60,440 nt of DNA, filler included, from an uncultured virus (IMG/VR IMGVR_UViG_2124908030_000016) (12 parts of one record of this genome joined end to end with filler, not necessarily neighbours in it); one strand, 5' to 3'. Positions 10,350 to 20,305 are shown, counted from the whole stretch's first letter. The notes: a model not told the origin generated them from the letters alone. Translations and numbers: made by a program.

Positions 10350-11030
10350 CTAGACGTCTGCCGTCGGAGTCGGCTCGTTCGTGTCTGCCAGTCGCCGGAT
10401 CACGTAGAACGCCGGCGTGTCCAGCACCGCGACAGCCAGCTTGACCACGTACTGGCCCACGATCAGCTCGGGCAGGACGGCCAGGGGGGTCGTCGTCCCT
10501 CCGAGGAATACCGGGAGCACGGCGAAGGCCAGAACGATGAACAGCGCGGTGTCGACGATCTGACTGACGCCGGTCGAGCCGATGTTACGGATCCACGCGT
10601 GATCACCGTTGGTTGCCTCACCGAGGAACGCGAACACGGAGACGTCGATATTCTGACTGACGAGTGTGGTCGCGATCGACGCGAGGACGATGGTCCCACC
10701 GGCACCGAGGGTGGTCGCGTAGGCCTCGTTGGCCTCGAAGAACGGCGCAGCGGGCATCGAGATGGCCACGTAGATCAGTCCCCACGCAACGGTGAGGGCG
10801 ACGACGGTCGCGTTGACAGCTCGTCGAGCGGTCGGTGCGCCGTAGAGCTCGCCCAAGAGGTCGGTACAGAGGAACGCCACGCCGATCCCGACGAACCCGG
10901 CTGGGACGGCCACACCGCCCAGGAACGGGATGTCGAAGAACGCGAGCTTGGCTGCGGAGACGTTTGCGATAGCGATACTGACACCGAACATCACGGTGAG
11001 TGCGGTCGCAGTGAAGTTGTTGTTAGTCAT
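10350..11030 (-). CDS. yhhQ: Queuosine-precursor transporter, VUT/YhhQ family
   Basis: IANVSAAK, FLCTDLLGELYG, SQNIDV, WIRNIGST.VSQIVDT, K..VAVLDTP; multi-TM. Confidence 0.92.
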   Translation of the reverse strand: MTNNNFTATALTVMFGVSIAIANVSAAKLAFFDIPFLGGVAVPAGFVGIGVAFLCTDLLGELYGAPTARRAVNATVVALTVAWGLIYVAISMPAAPFFEANEAYATTLGAGGTIVLASIATTLVSQNIDVSVFAFLGEATNGDHAWIRNIGSTGVSQIVDTALFIVLAFAVLPVFLGGTTTPLAVLPELIVGQYVVKLAVAVLDTPAFYVIRRLADTNEPTPTADV

Positions 11031-11825
11031 CTGCGGGTACGAAGATAGAGGTGTTCTGCGTGCTGTGCTGGTCGAGGATCTGTTCGATCTCCGGAGAAAG
11101 TGGTTCCGTCGGGACGTCCGACTCGCGAACGTCTGGCCCCAGATAGTAGGTCAACTGGTAGAGGACGTACTCCTGGATCATCGCCGACAGAACCGAGGAG
11201 TTCGTCCCCCGTGGGTGGCCCCACTTGACGTACTCGAACTCCGGAGTCAGCATCTTGTTGCTGGTGACGGTGTTTGCGACACTCGACATATCGATGGAGT
11301 CGACGAGGTCGGGGGCCTCACGGAGCGTAGTTATCCACTGGGGTGATGCGCCGAACCCCAGGCCGTGGAGGTGGACACCGGGGGCGATGGCCTCTCTGAC
11401 TTCGACGAGTGCGCGAAGCTGACCCTCCATAGACCAGTCTTTCACGCCACCAACAGCGAGCCACTCGTCGTCGACGTCAAGGCCCTGGTCGGCGAACGCC
11501 TGTGTGAGCTGGTAGTAGTGCTCGGAGTGTGTCCCCACCTCACCATCGTCAGGCTGAAGCGGGATCATCACGGTCGGTCTGTTCTCACCGAGCTTCGCTA
11601 CCAGATCTAGGACTCGTTCGGTCGTCGCCTCCTGGTCGTGCCAGACGTCGGCTGGAACGACGACATCCGGGTCGATGTCACTGGTTCGCTTGATGACACG
11701 GTCGTTGCCGACATCGTCGTTTCCAATCGTGGAGTCGAGGATGTACGTGTCTGCTTGCTCAGAGAGCGTTGGTGACGCGTACTCGGTGTTGCCCAACAGA
11801 TGTGGGTACTCGAGCATCGCGAGTG
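11023..11825 (-). CDS. TGT-fold 7-deazaguanine transglycosylase-like protein (DpdA-like #1; 5' end may lie in the gap)
   Basis: ILDS, VPADV, IPLQ, LAVGGV, HLHGLGFG and DSIDMSS TGT-barrel motifs; coupled to yhhQ-queC. Confidence 0.75.
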
Positions 11826-12236
11826 NNNNNNNNNNNNNNNNNNNNGGTCAACGGGACAGACGACTGGGGTGCGAAAAACATCGTCAAGCACCACGTCGCA
11901 GATCAGCTCCACGTCGATGGTGACCAGGTCTCGGTCAGCATCGTCGAGGGGGGATCAACTAAACCCCACGGTGTGCCGGACCTCTCCCTCGAACGACAGA
12001 CACCACATTAGAGCAACCCGAATGGATCGAGACTGGAACCAGCATCTAAGACTGTGGAGAGTGGGGAACACCCGGACTCGACATCATCGTACTATAGGAG
12101 GGGACGGAGGCCGAGGTGGTGTGGCTGACCCGTCCTCCCCACGTACGCTCCACGTCGGTAACCGCGAATGACACAAGGGAGCGAGCCAACCGTGCTCACG
12201 CTCGGTCCCCCTCGTCCCTCGCTCGTCCGGGTGAAT

Positions 12237-12269
12237 CTACGAATAGCGTATCATATAGTGAAGGGAATG
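12237..12269. repeat. 33-bp AT-rich element with an inverted copy at 32326-32358
   Basis: CTACGAATAGCGTATCATATAGTGAAGGGAATG versus reverse complement CTACGAATAGCGTATTGTATAGTGAGGGGAATG: 30/33 identical. Confidence 0.85.
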
Positions 12270-12352
12270 CGGAGAGCCAGTCGCCGAGAATCGATGATTC
12301 CCACGGGGGGTGGGTTCAATAACCGCGAGCGACCGAAGGGAGCGAGCGCGTC

Positions 12353-12976
12353 CTACCCAATCACGTCGGAGAGGTCGAGACCGCCACTGTCCCCGTTCTC
12401 GTCTTCGACTTCGACTTCACGCTCGACCAGAGGGGCAGTCCGGTCGAGCTCGAGAAGCCCGTACTCTTCCAGGACGTCGTCGTCGATCCCGAGCTCCTGT
12501 GGGTCGGGGACACCCGAGAACGAGTCCGCGCCGACGGCGAACTCCTGGTTGGCGCGCTGGCAGAGCTCTTCGAGCATCGCGAGTGCCTCCAGTACGAACG
12601 TCGCACGGTGGCGCTCGTCGAGTTCTGGCTGACGAGCCACCCGAATAGTCTCCGTGAGCTCGGCGTGGAGAGAGCGTGAGCCAGCCCGGTTGTAGGCGAC
12701 GTGAGGCTGGTAAGGCTCACCCGAGACGTCGGTAAGGTCGACCTCGTCTACACCGGAGAGAGGCTGATCGCGAAGGCCCTCGAGTCGGTCGCGAGCATCT
12801 GCGAGGCAAGTGATCGAGTCGTCGACGTCGTCGTGACTGACGTACCAGTCGCTGTCCTCTGGGTATCCCCGTGGGTCGACGGCGTCCTGGGGAAGGTGCT
12901 GATGACGGACCTGAGCCGGGAGCAAATTGACACAGACGCCGTCGGTTCCGACCTCCTCGAGGTACTCACGTCGCAC
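12353..12976 (-). CDS. Hypothetical acidic protein
   Basis: Halophilic composition; GTG start at 12976. Confidence 0.65.
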   Translation of the reverse strand: MRREYLEEVGTDGVCVNLLPAQVRHQHLPQDAVDPRGYPEDSDWYVSHDDVDDSITCLADARDRLEGLRDQPLSGVDEVDLTDVSGEPYQPHVAYNRAGSRSLHAELTETIRVARQPELDERHRATFVLEALAMLEELCQRANQEFAVGADSFSGVPDPQELGIDDDVLEEYGLLELDRTAPLVEREVEVEDENGDSGGLDLSDVIG

Positions 12977-13116
12977 GCTTGACCCCCAGGAATGCGAACA
13001 CGAGTGCAAACAGCACCAGTGCAATTGCGGACAGCATTAGCGCTCGTCCCTCTCGTCGGAGTCGACCCAGTATCTGAAATAGACGACAAATCGTTCTGGC
13101 AGCACTGCAATGGTCA

Positions 13117-13335
13117 CTACTCTCCCCTCGGATGCGCCTCTCGGGTGTTGAACCGGATTGTGGACAGCTTACCGATCATCACGACCAGGCCGGCGAGCAC
13201 CGCGACCTGAAACGTCGACAGATCCTGGGCAAGGAGGAACCAGACTGCGAACCCGAGAAAGGCAACGGCGGTGAGGAACTCGAGGAAAGCGCCCAGGAAC
13301 GTAACGAGTGCCGATAGCGCTGAAAGGCTATCCAT
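13117..13335 (-). CDS. Small two-TM membrane protein
   Basis: MDSLSALSALVTFLGAF... with two hydrophobic helices. Confidence 0.6.
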   Translation of the reverse strand: MDSLSALSALVTFLGAFLEFLTAVAFLGFAVWFLLAQDLSTFQVAVLAGLVVMIGKLSTIRFNTREAHPRGE

Positions 13336-13504
13336 CGGCCCGGACATCCTCGAGCGAGAGCGGAAGCACGTCCACCGTGACGATCGCCTGGGCGAGCGAG
13401 AGCCACTCCCCATCGGGCGTCCGTATCTGATAGCCATCTCGACGTGCCAACACCCAGTCACCCGAGCGGTCCAGGACTTCAACGTCTGCGACGTGTGCGC
13501 TCAC
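13328..13504 (-). CDS. Small hypothetical protein
   Basis: GTG start 24 nt after the promoter dyad at 13528. Confidence 0.55.
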   Translation of the reverse strand: MSAHVADVEVLDRSGDWVLARRDGYQIRTPDGEWLSLAQAIVTVDVLPLSLEDVRADG

Positions 13505-14346
13505 AACCTCCGTACGTGAGTAACGCACTAAAGTCCACCGAAAACGACTTATCACTCCGGCGTGAAGGGTTGTTGATGTCACGAGACAGGCGAGGGAGCT
13601 CCTGGGACTACGAGATGACCGACTGGGGGGCTCACGCACGAGCTCGAGCTGTACCCGTCGAGTACGACTACGACGGCTGGGAGGGGTTCGTCTGGGAGTA
13701 GTAAACACACAAGTATAAAGTGCGTCGAGCTGTGTAAGGAGACAAGGTCTGGTTCTTCCCCACGGGTTTTCTTGAGGTCGAATTTATATCGTACAGTACA
13801 TTGTTGTCTGGACGTCGTGTTGTCACAGTAGGGGGGGAATACACGAGACGTGTCTCTTGATAGAGACAGGCCGGGTCGATCAACGCAGGAGCTGTCTCGA
13901 CGGACACCTCGTCGATCAAGACAGAACCATCACAACAGTACGCGTGTTATGCAAGTATCATCTCTGTCGTCGAGACAGTCGTGACCTAGGCCGATGGAGC
14001 CGATCCACGCTCGGGAGGGAGCCGTCTCGCAAGACGTCTGTAACCGCGAGCGACCGAAGGGAGTGAGCGGACGTCCATCGTGACACGCTCGTTTCGTCGG
14101 TAACCGCGAGCGACCGGAGGGAGCGAGCAACTCAGTTCGAGGGTTCCGTAACCGCGAGCGACCGGAGGGAGCGAGCAGGCGTCCAGTGGGCCAGAGTCTG
14201 TCGCTGTTGGTGTCGAGCTAATACTCGTGTGTGGGACAGTGAATAGTGTGGGCCCGCTCTCCGCGTCGCTCGTGTCCGTCTGTGCCGATTCGAGTGTGGT
14301 CGACACGACCATACTGTTGTTCTGAGNNNNNNNNNNNNNNNNNNNN

Positions 14347-15094
14347 AGTCTTCGTCTTTGATACGGAGGTCGATACCGTGGTGGATCAGCTGGTGTTCGT
14401 CCTCGGGAACGACGGAGATGTTCTCGGGTCGGTTGTCGATCTCGAGGTGGTTCTCGTGATGCACGTTGGTATCGTCGCTGAAGACCTCGGAGACCGAGTT
14501 CTCCTCGAGAGCACGGAGTTGGTGGAGACGGAGGGAACACTCTTCTATCGAGAACTTGGCGTATCCGTGAGCTCGGTCGTACTCGTAGTAGAGAGATGGA
14601 GCTGGTGTCGAGGATGCTATCTCCGCTGGGTAGGGGTCGTCTTTCACGATCCCGTGGGTGGAGCACGCTCGACTGATTCCACTTTGATCTGTTTCGGTTA
14701 GCAGTGAGACCTTTGCTTGTGTGAGATCGTCTGTAATGTACTTCCGACGAAGCCAGGCTGCACTGTGGTGAAGTTTCTGGACACCATATTCGTGGTGTTC
14801 GTCCGAGAGGCCGAACTCGTCACACCAGTTGTCGATTGTATCGGTGGAGACACCACAACACTCGGCGATTTCGGTTTTCTCGACTCCGTCGTCGATGTAT
14901 ATCTCGCGAAGCCACGGCTCCTGTTGGTGGCGAACCGTGAGATCGTATTCTCGACACCAACGACCGATGGTCGACCCGGTGACCCCACACAGTCGGCCAA
15001 TTTCCCTCTGAGTGAGATTCTCTGCAACGTACTTCTCACGGAGCCATTGTTTGCGACGATATCGAACGTCGGCCGAAGACTCGGTTTTCGACAC
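14347..15094 (-). CDS. HNH homing endonuclease with three N-terminal HTH repeats
   Basis: Three WLR.kY repeats; VHHENHLEIDNRPENI....HQLIH HNH motif. Confidence 0.85.
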
Positions 15095-15124
15095 AGTTAG
15101 CGTTTATTCTCCACGCAGGTAATT

Positions 15125-15247
15125 CTATCGGCTTCTTCGACGTGGCAAGAACATATAGCCGAGAACGAACAGACCGATTGAGAGGCAGGATGCGACAAAC
15201 CCGCCGACAAATGCCCACATCATCCATATCACCCACTGAACGCCCAT
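15125..15247 (-). CDS. 40-aa single-TM peptide (not in ORF track)
   Basis: MGVQWVIWMMWAFVGGFVASCLSIGLFVLGYMFLPRRRSR, downstream of the promoter dyad at 15269-15253. Confidence 0.5.
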   Translation of the reverse strand: MGVQWVIWMMWAFVGGFVASCLSIGLFVLGYMFLPRRRSR

Positions 15248-15387
15248 CTCGTGTATATTCACTTTACACGTAATTAATTCTTTTGGGTGTCACTCGTATT
15301 CGGCTGGCTGAGAAAGCGGAGGGGTAATCGGGTGACGGTGCCCCACCGAAGTCACTGGCGTTCCAGCCAGTGCCTCGGAGGGTGTGT

Positions 15388-15861
15388 TCAAAAGGAGAAT
15401 TCGGTTTTGATCTCGTCCCAGGCATCCTCGAGGTTGAGGATCAGCTCGTCGTTGACATTCTCACCCATCGGAATGGACGTCGTGAGCAGTCCCGACATCA
15501 CACGCTCGATCTCACGGCGCTGGTTATTGTTGTGGATATCACATTCGCGGAGCGTCTGGGCCCACTCCGTGGAGGGGAGCTCGCGAAGGGTGTCTTCCCA
15601 CATCTGAACAGCTGACTCCCTGGCGGTGGGTACGCGCTCGGCGTAGTAGACCTCACCTACGAGATCCTCTACATCATCACCGGTCAGGTCGGTCGTGTCG
15701 AACAGCGCATTCAGCACTTCGCGGGCGAACTGGTCATCATCGGCCTCATCAGGACGCGAACGCTGGGTGCTCGTGTGTGTATCTCCCTGTTTGATACCGA
15801 CCGCGAGGAAGAGATCGGAGCCGAAGGCGACTGTGGTTGGAGCTTGGGTATGCTCTGTCAC
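15388..15861 (-). CDS. Hypothetical protein
   Basis: Acidic 157-aa ORF with a promoter-motif variant upstream and a T-tract downstream. Confidence 0.65.
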   Translation of the reverse strand: MTEHTQAPTTVAFGSDLFLAVGIKQGDTHTSTQRSRPDEADDDQFAREVLNALFDTTDLTGDDVEDLVGEVYYAERVPTARESAVQMWEDTLRELPSTEWAQTLRECDIHNNNQRREIERVMSGLLTTSIPMGENVNDELILNLEDAWDEIKTEFSF

Positions 15862-16022
15862 ATTTGTCGTACGCGTTTGAAGAACTTTACACTATCGTTT
15901 GTACTACTCGGGGTATCGCTAACTGTCGTTCGGGCTCGACGACCGCGAAGATATCGTCGAGGCGATCACTACCGTCGAGCGTCGTGAGTGTAGGTGAGTT
16001 TCGATGAACCCGAATCGGCCTA

Positions 16023-16796
16023 TCAGAGTGTATCGGTCTGGAGTGCGGTCTTGGGAACGTACGAGTGGAGTACGTTGAGGAGCGCCCAGGTCGCCCTGAT
16101 GTCGTCGCGGTTGTGTTCGACGACAGCGGAGAGGTCGTGCCTGGAGAGTGCGTTCGGGATGTCTGCACCGCCGAGGGGGCTGGTTGGCTCGAACTCAGTC
16201 AGGAGTTTGGCCATTCCGTCGAGCGAGCGCTGACTCGAAGTCGGGACGTCCCGGTCTTGTTGATCGATGAACGCGGAGAGTTCAGCCGGCTGGGGATCTC
16301 GCTGTTCGATGGCCTCAGCGATATCGCTCTTGTAGGCATCGCTGGGGTAGTCCACCTCGAGGTAGTCGGCGAACTCGCCGAGTGGGCGTTTGTTGAGCCC
16401 GCCCCAGTCCGGGGTTGTCAGATTGAAGAACGTCTCGAGCTCGTCTTTGATTTCGAGGATCTCGGCATCGACGAGTGGCCAGTCGACGTCGAGCTGAGCA
16501 CATCGCGAGCGGAGCATCGGGATGTCGAACGAAGAAGACCCGTAGCGCTGTTCTGCGTTGAAACCGACGAGTTTCGTGGTCAGGAGGCTGTGCTCGTCGC
16601 ACAGTGCCGGCAGACCCTTCGCGAGAAGGTTTGCTTCGCAGCTGTATTCCTCGATGGTTCCGTTCTCGATGTCGGGGGGGCCGTATTTTCCGTTGAGGTA
16701 GAACGTCACCTCGTCTCCGGTTCCGACACCGATGACGGCGACCTCGCTGTCGGCGGTCAGTCCCGTTGTCTCGATATCGAATGCGACGTAGTTCAT
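16023..16796 (-). CDS. DEDD / RNase H-like 3'-5' exonuclease with an inserted HeH/Rho-N-like helical motif
   Basis: AFDIETTG, VGFN...FDIPML, SLD, HNRDDI; insert LGEFADYLEVDYPSDAYKSDIAEAI. Confidence 0.8.
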   Translation of the reverse strand: MNYVAFDIETTGLTADSEVAVIGVGTGDEVTFYLNGKYGPPDIENGTIEEYSCEANLLAKGLPALCDEHSLLTTKLVGFNAEQRYGSSSFDIPMLRSRCAQLDVDWPLVDAEILEIKDELETFFNLTTPDWGGLNKRPLGEFADYLEVDYPSDAYKSDIAEAIEQRDPQPAELSAFIDQQDRDVPTSSQRSLDGMAKLLTEFEPTSPLGGADIPNALSRHDLSAVVEHNRDDIRATWALLNVLHSYVPKTALQTDTL

Positions 16797-16826
16797 CGTA
16801 CGCGCAATTGTATTCACGTTAAGAAG

Positions 16827-17276
16827 TTATAACTGTCGACTTGGAGTATGGAGTGCAATATCGTCGGGGTTGAACGCCACATCGTGGTTGTTGCAGACGG
16901 TAACGATGGTGTCGATGCCATCGTCGAGGTCGCTCCGGAGACTGGTGGCGGGGTATTCTGCCCAGACGCTGACAGGATCTGGGGAGTCCCAGACGATAAA
17001 ACACACAGGACGGTGGATGATGTCTCCCAGGAAGCACTCCACGGGTGTCCCCCAGGTTGGTTCTCCGGCGTAGTGGACCAGCAGGCCGTCGGCCTGACCG
17101 ACTCGACTGAGGTCGTTCGCGATCAGCTCGTCGGCCGGGGGGAGCGCGTCCGGTTCGTAGTCGTCCAGTGGGTTCAGTGTCGAGACACGGCTGTCTCGCT
17201 CGACTCGTTCACGCCAGGACCGGCCGGCATTCTGCGCCTTCCTGACGGGCCCAGCGAGGTAGATGAGTGGGTTCAT
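16827..17276 (-). CDS. Nucleoside 2'-deoxyribosyltransferase / dNMP N-glycosidase-like protein
   Basis: IYLAGP, WR, LNP, DL..V..ADGLLV, GTPVE. Confidence 0.8.
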   Translation of the reverse strand: MNPLIYLAGPVRKAQNAGRSWRERVERDSRVSTLNPLDDYEPDALPPADELIANDLSRVGQADGLLVHYAGEPTWGTPVECFLGDIIHRPVCFIVWDSPDPVSVWAEYPATSLRSDLDDGIDTIVTVCNNHDVAFNPDDIALHTPSRQL

Positions 17277-17296
17277 NNNNNNNNNNNNNNNNNNNN

Positions 17297-17545
17297 CGAT
17301 GCCCACGAGCTACGCTCGATATCGCTGAAGTCGTGAAGCGTCGTGTCGTACGGGTCGATTCGGTCGTCGAGCTCGAGGAGCCCGTACTCTGCGCTCACGA
17401 TGTAGGGGTCGCCGAGGTAGGTCCCAGTCGTGAGTTTCGTCTCGAAGTACGTCGAGTCGTACATCGCGTAGGCTGGCAGACGCTCGTCACGCTTCGACGA
17501 GCCACAACCGACCAGTATAGCGCGACGTCCTGTATCGCAGTCCAC
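17297..17545 (-). CDS. DUF6884-like protein (3' end in gap)
   Basis: LVGCGSSK....A..MY.S.YF......IVSAEYGLL.....I.PYD.TL. Confidence 0.7.
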
Positions 17546-17586
17546 GACGTTTTGTATACGTTTGACGAACTTAATCGTTGTGTATA

Positions 17587-18534
17587 CTATGAGTAGATGT
17601 CGGCGAAGATCTGCTGGGCTTCTTTATCGCTCGAGGCGTTGACTGCCGGACTTTCGTAGTCGACTGCGGACTCGCCCTGTTGGAGCCGGGTGACGTAGGA
17701 GTAGTAGCTCTTGAACGACTCGACCTTGCGCGCTTTCAGGTTTCCAGGAATGTTGAAGCGGGCGAGTCTGTTGCCGATATCGACACTGACGTACTCGTTC
17801 ATTGCTGGGTAGAGCCAGGCCTGGGTGTCCGCCGACTCGAACTCAGAGCCGTACTGAAACGCCTCGATCTTCACGCCGAACCCGTGGATGATTTCGGGGT
17901 CGATCCGTGAGCGGACGGCCTGTTCGTAGTCGACGATCTCCGGGTCATTGGAGATGCCCGTGATAGAGCCCAACCCGACGTGGTCAGTTGGCAGACCGTG
18001 GTCCTCAAGCCGTTCATAAAATGCAACGTGCTCGTCCGGTGTCGTGCCCTGAAGTACGGGGAGAAGTTGGTAGTCGGCCGACGAGTCTTCGAGGCGTTCG
18101 TACTGGCGGAGTGTATTCTGGAAGGTCGTCTCGATACGATCGTCGGACGACCAGAGACCGTCGAAAAGTTCTGAACACGCATAGTCCATCGCAGACGCCC
18201 AGGTTACTTCGTCGTCGTAGTCGGCGAGCCACTGGTGGTAGTCCTCGACTGTCCAGGGGTAGAACGGAGATGGCGTACAGAGTTCTTTGACGATGTCGTC
18301 TCCGGTGATGTCTGCATCGAGCTCACCATCTCGGGTGACGAACGTCGACTGGACATTGTAGCCCCCGGCGTCGATTGCGTGGGGACAGTCGTACGTCCAC
18401 ATATGGAGGAGGCGTTCCTGGGCGTCAGAGTATCGATGGAGAGCGTTCGACAACAACGGGACATCGTTTGCTTCTGCCCACGGGGCGATTATGTCCGGGT
18501 ATGACCGGGCGTAGGTCATAAAGAATGTGCCCAC
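17587..18534 (-). CDS. dpdA: Phage-type deazaguanine DNA transglycosylase (DpdA-like #2)
   Basis: IDAGGY, Y..W, AMDYAC, LLPVLQG, VGLGSI, IHGFGVK, SADTQAW. Confidence 0.8.
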   Translation of the reverse strand: MGTFFMTYARSYPDIIAPWAEANDVPLLSNALHRYSDAQERLLHMWTYDCPHAIDAGGYNVQSTFVTRDGELDADITGDDIVKELCTPSPFYPWTVEDYHQWLADYDDEVTWASAMDYACSELFDGLWSSDDRIETTFQNTLRQYERLEDSSADYQLLPVLQGTTPDEHVAFYERLEDHGLPTDHVGLGSITGISNDPEIVDYEQAVRSRIDPEIIHGFGVKIEAFQYGSEFESADTQAWLYPAMNEYVSVDIGNRLARFNIPGNLKARKVESFKSYYSYVTRLQQGESAVDYESPAVNASSDKEAQQIFADIYS

Positions 18535-18610
18535 GATACACTACAGGGTATCACGCACTTAATTATTGCTGTTGCTGATCGGCTTCGAAAAGAGAAGTGT
18601 GGGTTCGGCG

Positions 18611-18978
18611 TTACGAGTCGAGCTGGTCCTGGATCTTTTCCGGGACCTCGACTCCCTGCTGACGGCAGGCGGTGGCGATCGTCTCAGCATCTGGTCGGTG
18701 CCACTCCAGGTAGCCCGTCGAGAGGACCAGTGACTCGTCGGGTTCGAACTCCTCAGTCGGCGAGAGTTCGGTGAACCCGTCACCGTCGCGACTCATTACA
18801 GTCGCCCAGTAGCCGGAGTCGGTGTCGAGCGCGGGTTTGTTCTCTGCACGCTCGAGCACGAAGACGACTTCCTCACCATCGAGGTCGGGCCGGAGCTGCG
18901 TGTCTCGGCTGAACCGTGGGGGCGAGTAGTTGTTGTCGTCGTTGTCCGGGCAGTACTCGATCAGCGAGTTGCTACGCG
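18611..18978 (-). CDS. Hypothetical protein (5' end in gap)
   Basis: Open acidic frame extending to the gap. Confidence 0.5.
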
Positions 18979-19175
18979 NNNNNNNNNNNNNNNNNNNNNN
19001 NNNNNNNNNNNNNNNNNNNNNNTTAATTAATTAANNNNNNNNNNNNNNNNNNNNNNNNNNNNNNNNNNNNNNNNNNNNCCTCATCGGCATACGCCGGGAT
19101 GTCTCATTCACGTGCGGAGCGGGTTGCTAGTGAGCTCGATACGATTCAGGCACTCGTCGAGGTGTACGAGTCGTC

Positions 19176-19409
19176 GTGAGCAAGACCATCTACATCAACG
19201 GTACAGCCTTTGACATCCCAGCAGACACCGAGACAATCGCCGAGGTGCTGGAGTCGACAAACTACAGTCAAACCAACTATCGGCTCTTTCGAGATGTCGG
19301 GAATACGGTTGCTGCCGAAGAGCGTGTCGTGAGTGCAACCCAGATCGGTGATGGGCAGCAACTCATCGCGATCCCACGCGGAGAGACACTGTTCGGGTAC
19401 GATGAGTAA
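19176..19409 (+). CDS. Ubiquitin-like (multi-ubiquitin beta-grasp) protein
   Basis: IYINGTAFDI...TIAEVL......YRLFR.......IGDGQQLIAIP....G pattern. Confidence 0.55.
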   Translation: MSKTIYINGTAFDIPADTETIAEVLESTNYSQTNYRLFRDVGNTVAAEERVVSATQIGDGQQLIAIPRGETLFGYDE

Positions 19410-20190
19410 AATCACCCCCTTTCCCTGGTACGGGTCGAAATACACCCAAGTATCGTGGCTACTGGACATCATTCCGGAGAACAACCGGTACCTGGAGCCG
19501 TTCGGGGGGAGCGGAATCGTCCTCGCCAACCGTGACCCAGTCGAGGTCGAGACGTTCAACGACATTCACGGTGGTGTGGTGAACTTCTTCGAGGTCGTGC
19601 GGAGACAGCCGGGTGAGCTGAAGCGACAGCTCGAGTGGACACCGTACTCTCGGGAGATGTACCAACAGGCAGTCGAACACACGCCAGAAGATGACGTCCA
19701 GCGTGCAGTCTATTTTCTGGTTCGGATCGCACAGTCGTTCGGAGGCGCAGAAGCGAACGGGTGGGGACGCTCGATCACTACCTCTCGTCGAGGCAAGGCA
19801 CAGCGTCCGGCTGCCTGGGAACACCGGCTCGAGCAGATCGAAGAAGTGGCGAAGCGGTTTCGACGAGTCCAGCTCGAGTCGACCGACGCGATCGGGCTGA
19901 TCGAGGACTTCGATGAATCGAAGCTCACCATCTACTGTGATCCACCGTACCCACCATCAGCCCGTGTAGCCAAGAACAAATACGTCCACGAGTTCGATGC
20001 CGACCAGCATCGACAGCTCGCAGAGACGCTTCGTTCGTGTGAGGCTGACGTTGTTGTCTCTGGGTATCGATGTGATCTCCTCGACGACTGCTACGACGGA
20101 TGGAACTGCTATCTCGAGGGCGAAAAGACTCTCGCAGGGGCTGAAACAGGGTCTCGAGAAGAGGTCTGTTACACGAACTTCGATGGCTGA
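19402..20190 (+). CDS. DNA adenine methyltransferase, D12/Dam class
   Basis: PFPWYGSK, EPFGGSG, NDIH, DPPY. Confidence 0.92.
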   Translation: MSKITPFPWYGSKYTQVSWLLDIIPENNRYLEPFGGSGIVLANRDPVEVETFNDIHGGVVNFFEVVRRQPGELKRQLEWTPYSREMYQQAVEHTPEDDVQRAVYFLVRIAQSFGGAEANGWGRSITTSRRGKAQRPAAWEHRLEQIEEVAKRFRRVQLESTDAIGLIEDFDESKLTIYCDPPYPPSARVAKNKYVHEFDADQHRQLAETLRSCEADVVVSGYRCDLLDDCYDGWNCYLEGEKTLAGAETGSREEVCYTNFDG

Positions 20191-20305
20191 ACTACAGGCG
20201 CTACTGCTTACAGCCGGACTATTCGGATTCGTCGTCGCGGGTGTCGTTGAGTTCGTGGCAACGATGATTGTCTTTCACACGCGCTCGGAGGAGCGTCCGC
20301 ACTGA
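20183..20305 (+). CDS. Small membrane peptide
   Basis: MAELQALLLTAGLFGFVVAGVVEFVATMIVF; overlaps the methylase stop. Confidence 0.5.
   Translation: MAELQALLLTAGLFGFVVAGVVEFVATMIVFHTRSEERPH

Larger units (their letters stand above)
12158..14176 (+). repeat. 29-bp repeat GTAACCGCGAGCGACCG(A/G)AGGGAG(C/T)GAGC, 5 copies
   Basis: Copies at 14040-14068, 14100-14128, 14148-14176 and 12320-12347, plus a degenerate copy at 12158-12186. Confidence 0.9.

Noticed and set aside
14040..14176. CRISPR array
   Set aside because: Spacers are unequal (31 and 19 nt), the repeat is unlike haloarchaeal type I-B repeats, and there is no cas operon.
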